A DNA stretch of 64,000 nt, taken from the IMG/VR virus record IMGVR_UViG_3300042386_001233, positions 62,001 to 126,000 of that record; one strand, written 5' to 3'. The translations under genes and the position numbers were made by a program. Each line of letters begins with the position of its first letter. The first letter of the stretch is position 1. Positions 58,835-64,000 of this stretch are shown here, one piece after another. Below the pieces are notes generated by a model. It saw nothing but the letters and a program-made list of their open reading frames with translations, had not been told where the DNA came from and ran no database searches.

Positions 58835-59707
58835 TTATGCGTTTTGATCAACAAATCCGAAACAAACCGTACAATAATTTTCACTAACAGTATAATTGAA
58901 AGTTACAGTAGTTACAGTTCCATCTATTCGAATTATATTATATCCTTCTTCTCCGGTAAACTGAGAATATTGTGTAGCATTTACTGGATTTTGATATGTT
59001 GTAAGTGTTTCCCATATTGGAGTAAATGATGCTGATACTTGTACAGGAACTGGGGTACCTCCTTGACCAACGCTAGCAAATGCAACCAACGCGTCGGTAA
59101 CAGGTTGACTAAAAGTTGCAGTAAAAATACCAGATTGAGTATTCTTAATTTGAGTTCCACTAAGTGGTACTCCGTAAGCTTCGGGGAAGGTTGTGCCACC
59201 AACCATACCATCGTGGGCATCCATACCTCCGCCAGTTTGTGTTATTGAGATTGTGATATTGTTTTGACCAATTCCAGAAGCGGAGGTTGAAGTAACAGAG
59301 CTGATATTCATCCACTGAAACCCAGAACTACCAAAACTACAAAACTTCTCACCAGAATAAGGAGCTGGCCAGTTTACTAACCAAGGATAGCTTGCATAAC
59401 TATATGCTCTCGTAATCTCCCCTTCTGCTCCAATATAAAGCCATACTCCTGTCTCGTATCGGACAGTTTCGTCTCCATAGGTATAGGTCTCACGACCATA
59501 AGGAGCATATCCAATAGGAGCAAGAGTTCTGTCACCAGAAACCCATCCTATCATTTTGACACTAGCAACTGAATCTGTACAACTTTCTGATGTACTTCCA
59601 AATACTAGATTCTCGCCAAGGAATATTTTAGAAACACTATTATCTCCTAATTTAATAGAAGTTATGTTAGAGTTACTTAAAAATATATCACTATTTACTG
59701 TTGGCAT
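58835..59707 (-). CDS. Virion/tail-fibre-associated mosaic protein
   Basis: N-terminal IKLGDNSVSKIFLGENLVF module plus beta-rich domains. Confidence 0.5.
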   Translation of the reverse strand: MPTVNSDIFLSNSNITSIKLGDNSVSKIFLGENLVFGSTSESCTDSVASVKMIGWVSGDRTLAPIGYAPYGRETYTYGDETVRYETGVWLYIGAEGEITRAYSYASYPWLVNWPAPYSGEKFCSFGSSGFQWMNISSVTSTSASGIGQNNITISITQTGGGMDAHDGMVGGTTFPEAYGVPLSGTQIKNTQSGIFTATFSQPVTDALVAFASVGQGGTPVPVQVSASFTPIWETLTTYQNPVNATQYSQFTGEEGYNIIRIDGTVTTVTFNYTVSENYCTVCFGFVDQNA

Positions 59708-59719
59708 ACAAATTTATCC

Positions 59720-59980
59720 TTAGCCATTAACTATGTATAGTGTATTAGTATCTTTTGTAGCAAGAGCATCGTAGTTGCTTTGAGAAATACTAATCATATT
59801 TGTTATACGAATAGAATTATTAACTAAGCTAGTATTGCTTTGAACTAAACCAGAATGAAGAACAGATACTGGGACTTTTTTTGTTAAAGCAGACCCTGAT
59901 GGATCGTCCATAATTAAAAATATATCATCACTAGTCAGAGCACTAGCTGCTGGAAATTCATTAATACGTTGTATACTCAT
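59720..59980 (-). CDS. Small tail-fibre-associated protein
   Basis: RINEFP..DDIFLIMD..TKKV and SQSNYDALATKDTNTLYIV motifs. Confidence 0.6.
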   Translation of the reverse strand: MSIQRINEFPAASALTSDDIFLIMDDPSGSALTKKVPVSVLHSGLVQSNTSLVNNSIRITNMISISQSNYDALATKDTNTLYIVNG

Positions 59981-60193
59981 TTAACCACCTATTACTGTTT
60001 GGTCGCCGACTAATTGAACAAAAATACCATTATAGAATCTATTATCATATTTTGTTTCAATATCACTAATTGTTGGAGTGTTTTTAACATACGTGTCGAT
60101 TGTTGAGTATTCTCCGGTAACTGTTGTTGTAACAACGGTTGTTCCGTTTTTTATTTGATTAGCACTAATTGCTTTATTTATATCGTTTGCCAT
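59981..60193 (-). CDS. Hypothetical small protein
   Basis: 70-aa ORF packed in the operon. Confidence 0.55.
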   Translation of the reverse strand: MANDINKAISANQIKNGTTVVTTTVTGEYSTIDTYVKNTPTISDIETKYDNRFYNGIFVQLVGDQTVIGG

Positions 60194-60196
60194 AAA

Positions 60197-60514
60197 TTAC
60201 CTTTCTATTCTGTCTTCTAAAGTTTCTAAAGTTTTGCCAAGCATTGCTATTTGAATTTTCAGTTCTGTCATAACTTCTGTATTTCTTTGAAGAGCCAGCG
60301 CGAAAGCTGCTTGACTTTCTTTGTTAGAAGCTAACCTTTCCATAATAAATTGTTTATCATGAAGGTATGGAGATTGTGTTTCTATCATAACCAAAACCTC
60401 TGATTTAGTTGCCATATTTCTACCAATAGCCACCCAAAATCCAACCATTGTTACTATAATTCCAATACTTGTTGTGGCTATGTTCTCCCAGAAATGAATA
60501 ATGGTTTCAGACAT
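60197..60514 (-). CDS. TM + coiled-coil protein
   Basis: TM segment IGIIVTMVGFWV; C-terminal heptads. Confidence 0.6.
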   Translation of the reverse strand: MSETIIHFWENIATTSIGIIVTMVGFWVAIGRNMATKSEVLVMIETQSPYLHDKQFIMERLASNKESQAAFALALQRNTEVMTELKIQIAMLGKTLETLEDRIER

Positions 60515-60563
60515 TATGGAAGCCTTTTATAAGATTTTTAGAAAGTGTTATTCTTTAGATATA

Positions 60564-60570
60564 ATACACC
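60564..60570 (-). promoter_or_regulatory. GGTGTAT motif
   Basis: GGTGTATTATATCTAAAGAAT immediately after a terminator. Confidence 0.6.
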
Positions 60571-60573
60571 TAT

Positions 60574-60608
60574 AAAAAAAGAACCAGAAAGATGATTCCT
60601 GGTTCTCT
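60574..60608 (-). terminator. Rho-independent terminator
   Basis: Minus strand AGAACCAGGAA-TCATC-TTTCTGGTTCT followed by a T-run. Confidence 0.75.
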
Positions 60609-60634
60609 TCTTATTGGTAGAATTTAATTAACTA

Positions 60635-61177
60635 TTAGCCATTTTTAGCTGGATAGTTTTTTGCAATAGCAACAGGAGCGCCACTCTTGAATCTCATAGA
60701 ACCGGGAACGCTTCTGGTGGGACTAGCAGCATTATCTGTACCTGGGGTTTCTGTAACAGCTGTTGGGGCAGTTGTGAACCTACCTGTGTAAAGACTAAAG
60801 TAGCCAGCTCTGATAGCGGTTGCGGTGCCGGGTGATCTGTAGCTTTCTCTCTTGTTAATGCTTCTTAATTGACCAGGAACATTAGCTGTAGTTGATAAAG
60901 CACTACTGGCAACTCCACCAAGCTCTGAGGTTACTTTGGCAGTTATGGGCTTGACATGATCGTGGGCGATAGTTCCTTCAGAAATAGCCTTGTTTGTGTA
61001 ATCTCCATCAATAACTGTTGAAGCGAAAACACCAACATTTACTTGTCCTAGTGAACTATTCTCTAAGACAGAGGATACTGTGCCGACTCTTTTAGCTGTA
61101 CCGTGATTATTATTTGTAGAGCTACCACTCCAGTATGTGCCTGTTGAGGCTGCTCCACCTTGTTGAATTGTAGCCAT
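60635..61177 (-). CDS. Ala/Thr/Ser/Gly-rich probable virion protein, monocistronic
   Basis: Low-complexity composition; GGAG RBS; own motif and terminator. Confidence 0.55.
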   Translation of the reverse strand: MATIQQGGAASTGTYWSGSSTNNNHGTAKRVGTVSSVLENSSLGQVNVGVFASTVIDGDYTNKAISEGTIAHDHVKPITAKVTSELGGVASSALSTTANVPGQLRSINKRESYRSPGTATAIRAGYFSLYTGRFTTAPTAVTETPGTDNAASPTRSVPGSMRFKSGAPVAIAKNYPAKNG

Positions 61178-61233
61178 TTTATAAAACTCCATGAAGATTT
61201 AAGGAAAGAAACAAGTATATACTTATTATTCGT

Positions 61234-61240
61234 ATACACC
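61234..61240 (-). promoter_or_regulatory. GGTGTAT motif
   Basis: GGTGTATACGAATAATAAG in the intergenic gap. Confidence 0.6.
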
Positions 61241-61253
61241 TAAAAACAGAGAA

Positions 61254-61895
61254 TTAGCTATTTATTAGCTGTAAACCGTTTAGGGAATTGATTCTTAAAC
61301 CGTATAATTGGTTATTTTTAACCATTTTTAGATGATTACTATTCCACAAATTACCATTACAGATAATATTGATATTTGGAACTTTCTTATTAATTAGAGC
61401 AGAAGCTATGATATTGTCGCCAATATCGTCTAAAGAGTATCCAGTTGAGGGATAGATTGTTTTAACATTAAAGTCATATAAGATTTGGGCAACTTTATAG
61501 AGCAGCTCGTAGGAGTATTGCCTATATTCTAAAACGTATCTTAGTTCAACATTTAGGGAAGAACATAGATTAGTTAATTGTTTAATGTCATCCCTAAACT
61601 TATCATACTTCCTGTTGCACAATAGCTGTGCTGGGCAAACTGCCTCAATTATATCAACATTATTTTTTAAACAAAAATCAACTACTGATAGTCTGGATTT
61701 TATATCTAACACACCCATTGGATAATCTATCGGGCAAGAAATCTTTGCAGCATTGTTTACTAAAGACTTTACAAGTCTGGCATATGGCGGAAGTACAGAT
61801 ATTGTCTGCACATTGTGTTTTAAAGCTTCTGTTAAGTTGCCTTGAATTTCGGCATCATTAGAAGCGATATCATAATATGAATATTCTAATAGCAT
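61254..61895 (-). CDS. DeoC (deoxyribose-phosphate aldolase)-like protein lacking catalytic lysines
   Basis: PIDYPMG, RYVLE, TIYPSTG (vs FIKTSTG), IICNGN (vs VKASGG). Confidence 0.7.
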   Translation of the reverse strand: MLLEYSYYDIASNDAEIQGNLTEALKHNVQTISVLPPYARLVKSLVNNAAKISCPIDYPMGVLDIKSRLSVVDFCLKNNVDIIEAVCPAQLLCNRKYDKFRDDIKQLTNLCSSLNVELRYVLEYRQYSYELLYKVAQILYDFNVKTIYPSTGYSLDDIGDNIIASALINKKVPNINIICNGNLWNSNHLKMVKNNQLYGLRINSLNGLQLINS

Positions 61896-62566
61896 TATTT
61901 TTTAAGTGAGTCTATATTGGGATATTTTTTAGTGCCAAGAATACCATCGGCAAAGCCGTAATATACTGCTTCTTCAGCCGTTAATATCCAATCGCATTTA
62001 TTAGCAAGTTGTGAGACTATGTGTTTTTTTGCCATCATTTTTTTCCAATTTTTCTCTTTAGCTATCATACTATTCATACACCTGTCAGTAAAAATATCAA
62101 CCATCTTATCACACTCGTTTTCGTTCCATCTAATGCCAGCCGCAGCAGCTTTGCTGTGTTCCCCATCCATACTAAATGACCCATAATGAATCATAACATG
62201 TGTATTTGGCATCAATATTCTAAGGTCGGCAGCTTGTAATAAAACACTACTAGAAGATTCTGCTTTAGCATAAGCGAGGATGATAACTTTAGCTTTTGAT
62301 GCCCTGACAGCATCATACATACCTAGGCAGTCTTGCCAGTCTCCTCCTGGTAAATGCATATGAACTAAAATTGGTTCTAGAGATAATAGGTTTAAGTACC
62401 TGAGATTTTTTTCAAGTACTATAGCAGACCTATAGTCAACACCACCTTCTTCACTATCTCCTAAATATGAATGTAGATATATTTCTCTGTTTTTTGTATC
62501 TATATTATATGAGTGTATTGATTGTAATTCGCTTTCAAGTTCAGTAAATGATTTGGCTGTTGACAT
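61895..62566 (-). CDS. clpP: ClpP-like serine protease
   Basis: REIYL, HLPGG, AESSS (Ser), VMIH (His), DWILTAEEAVYYGFAD (Asp). Confidence 0.85.
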   Translation of the reverse strand: MSTAKSFTELESELQSIHSYNIDTKNREIYLHSYLGDSEEGGVDYRSAIVLEKNLRYLNLLSLEPILVHMHLPGGDWQDCLGMYDAVRASKAKVIILAYAKAESSSSVLLQAADLRILMPNTHVMIHYGSFSMDGEHSKAAAAGIRWNENECDKMVDIFTDRCMNSMIAKEKNWKKMMAKKHIVSQLANKCDWILTAEEAVYYGFADGILGTKKYPNIDSLKK

Positions 62567-62568
62567 TG

Positions 62569-63000
62569 TTATGATAGCTCCGAGTATACTCTCTTATTTA
62601 TATCTCTCATTACCGAAGAATCATCAAAAGCTTTACCAACAGCAATTCGGAATCTGTATCTAGTAAAAATATCTAGGGTTTCAACCCCATCGGTTTTTTC
62701 GATAACATCAGCAACTTTATGAGTAATATCAAAGTTAGTATGCCCAATCCAAAAATTAAAAATCTTTCCACTCATAGTATTATCAGTGACTGGTATAATG
62801 CCCATTGGCGTAGCAATAACTTTTACTCTTTGTGTTGTATTAATTATTTTATTCTCTTGCTCCTCATCATTAATGTTTTCAGTAGTACCATCTGATTCTT
62901 GTTCTTCATAATCTGCAAGATATGGATCATGCTCCAGCTCTTCTGCGTCATCAGATCCAAATGGATCAAGCCACTTTTGCCATGAGATAAGATTGATCAT
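62569..63000 (-). CDS. Acidic hypothetical protein
   Basis: D/E-rich linker; C-terminal DGVE..RYRFRIAVGKAF domain. Confidence 0.6.
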   Translation of the reverse strand: MINLISWQKWLDPFGSDDAEELEHDPYLADYEEQESDGTTENINDEEQENKIINTTQRVKVIATPMGIIPVTDNTMSGKIFNFWIGHTNFDITHKVADVIEKTDGVETLDIFTRYRFRIAVGKAFDDSSVMRDINKRVYSELS

Positions 63001-63039
63001 ATAATTGATACTTTGTTTAAACTCTTATTTTTTTTAGAG

Positions 63040-63066
63040 ATACCATGTATAATACACCCATGGTAT
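63040..63066 (-). promoter_or_regulatory. GGTGTAT motif enclosed by an 8-bp inverted repeat
   Basis: ATACCATG-[TATAATACACC]-CATGGTAT. Confidence 0.6.
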
Positions 63067-63096
63067 AGTAATAAGAAATTGGCCGACAAACAACAG

Positions 63097-63513
63097 CTAT
63101 TTGGAGTTAAATACAGATCTTGGTCTGATTAGTGGGCCATTATCAATTAGTTTTTTCTCAAATTCGGTTTTTATAACATCATAATATGATAGAACATTAT
63201 CATAAAATAATTGCTCTTTATCATTATTCGTGTTTTTGATTTTATTACGAATTGTTGTCAATAATTTTGGTTCCATTAGATTATTAGTAACATAAATCAA
63301 CAATTCTGCAAATTTCTCTGCTTCTGTTGAAATTTCAACTAGAGATAATTTATCTAACTTTGGATGCAAAACTATGATATCAACCATGTCGTCTGGATGT
63401 AGAATTACACTTAGACTATGCATCTCCTCTGCTATAGACTCTTCTTGGGTTTTTTCTTTAGCCACAGAGGGCTGTTTTTTACTTAGCCAATAACGAAAGA
63501 GTTCTTGTAGCAT
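63097..63513 (-). CDS. Hypothetical protein
   Basis: 138 aa, ends PLIRPRSVF. Confidence 0.55.
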   Translation of the reverse strand: MLQELFRYWLSKKQPSVAKEKTQEESIAEEMHSLSVILHPDDMVDIIVLHPKLDKLSLVEISTEAEKFAELLIYVTNNLMEPKLLTTIRNKIKNTNNDKEQLFYDNVLSYYDVIKTEFEKKLIDNGPLIRPRSVFNSK

Positions 63514-63829
63514 TTGGTGGTAGTATATCGGTGTTAAGATCTATGGTTCTAGTATAGCTATTTATTATAGTAGTTTCATAATTAACAAAACAAATATAAT
63601 ATATATCAAGCTGAGAAGTTATGATAATGTCAACTAATTTAGGATTTGTTCCAGAGGTTTCTTTTATACATCTATTCAACAGCATTGATAGAAGCTCATT
63701 AATGTCTTGATTAGGCTCTAGTTCAACAGAAGGCAGTCTTAGAGTATAATCAGCTAATGAGAGTATCTCATATCTGTTCTTGGAATGAATAAAAATTGGA
63801 ATAATAAGATTAAGCTGTGCATTTATCAT
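63479..63829 (-). CDS. Hypothetical protein (possibly degenerate NUDIX fold)
   Basis: Likely start MINAQL overlapping the sigma-like gene end; YEILS..LRLPSVEL. Confidence 0.4.
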   Translation of the reverse strand: MINAQLNLIIPIFIHSKNRYEILSLADYTLRLPSVELEPNQDINELLSMLLNRCIKETSGTNPKLVDIIITSQLDIYYICFVNYETTIINSYTRTIDLNTDILPPNATRTLSLLAK

Positions 63830-64000
63830 AAGATCGAATAATATCCAGTGCTCTCTTAATGTTTTGCCTAATTGCTTCTCTAGAGACACCAAACTTTTTA
63901 CCAATATATGACAAAGTATGATTTTCTAGATAATACATTTTAATCTGTATTTTCTGTTTGTCAGATAAAATGCTATTATTCAGTAGCTGATCGATGCTTG
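63810..64000 (-). CDS. Sigma70 region-4-like C-terminus of a probable phage sigma factor (5'-truncated; not in the ORF track)
   Basis: Hand-translated ..LSDKQKIQIKMYYLENHTLSYIGKKFGVSREAIRQNIKRALDIIRS..*, a classic region 4.2 HTH. Confidence 0.8.
   Translation of the reverse strand, partial: SIDQLLNNSILSDKQKIQIKMYYLENHTLSYIGKKFGVSREAIRQNIKRALDIIRSYDKCTA

Noticed and set aside
63830-63904. N-terminal extension of the 63479 ORF given in the ORF track
   Set aside because: This stretch is better explained by the sigma region-4 reading frame.
1-64000. Stop-codon reassignment, tRNA genes, CRISPR arrays, DGR or retron
   Set aside because: Conserved genes read full length in code 11; no cloverleaf, repeat array or reverse transcriptase was recognised by eye. 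A tRNAscan/Infernal run would be needed to exclude RNAs formally.

Overview
AT-rich, gene-dense segment of a large dsDNA bacteriophage (jumbo-phage-like; standard code 11 reads cleanly). I saw no rRNA, tRNA, CRISPR array or IS element. Left to right: (i) the 3' part of a very large + strand virion-type gene and a Cys-rich ORF; (ii) a long - strand replication/recombination region (SSAP-like protein, SSB, DnaE split into two genes without an intein and with a DEDDh exonuclease between them, PD-(D/E)XK exonuclease, dNMP kinase, DnaG, DnaB, RecA) that also holds one intact GT4 glycosyltransferase and several eroded glyco-enzyme homologues; (iii) nucleotide metabolism genes (PhoH, dUTPase, class II RNR, dCMP deaminase); (iv) a ~21.7 kb glycan-synthesis island (NeuA, NeuB, Maf-like transferase, pyruvyl transferase, many glycosyl- and methyltransferases) scattered with tiny scar-like ORFs; (v) a membrane/lysis-like module with a papain-fold peptidase and a lone divergent 8-Cys peptide; (vi) small virion genes, a DeoC homologue lacking its catalytic lysines, ClpP, and the C-terminus of a sigma-factor-like gene at the right edge that the ORF track missed. 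A GGTGTAT motif recurs in intergenic gaps in the sense orientation and looks like a phage-specific promoter, alongside two sigma70-type promoters. All family calls come from motif recognition by eye; no database searches were run.
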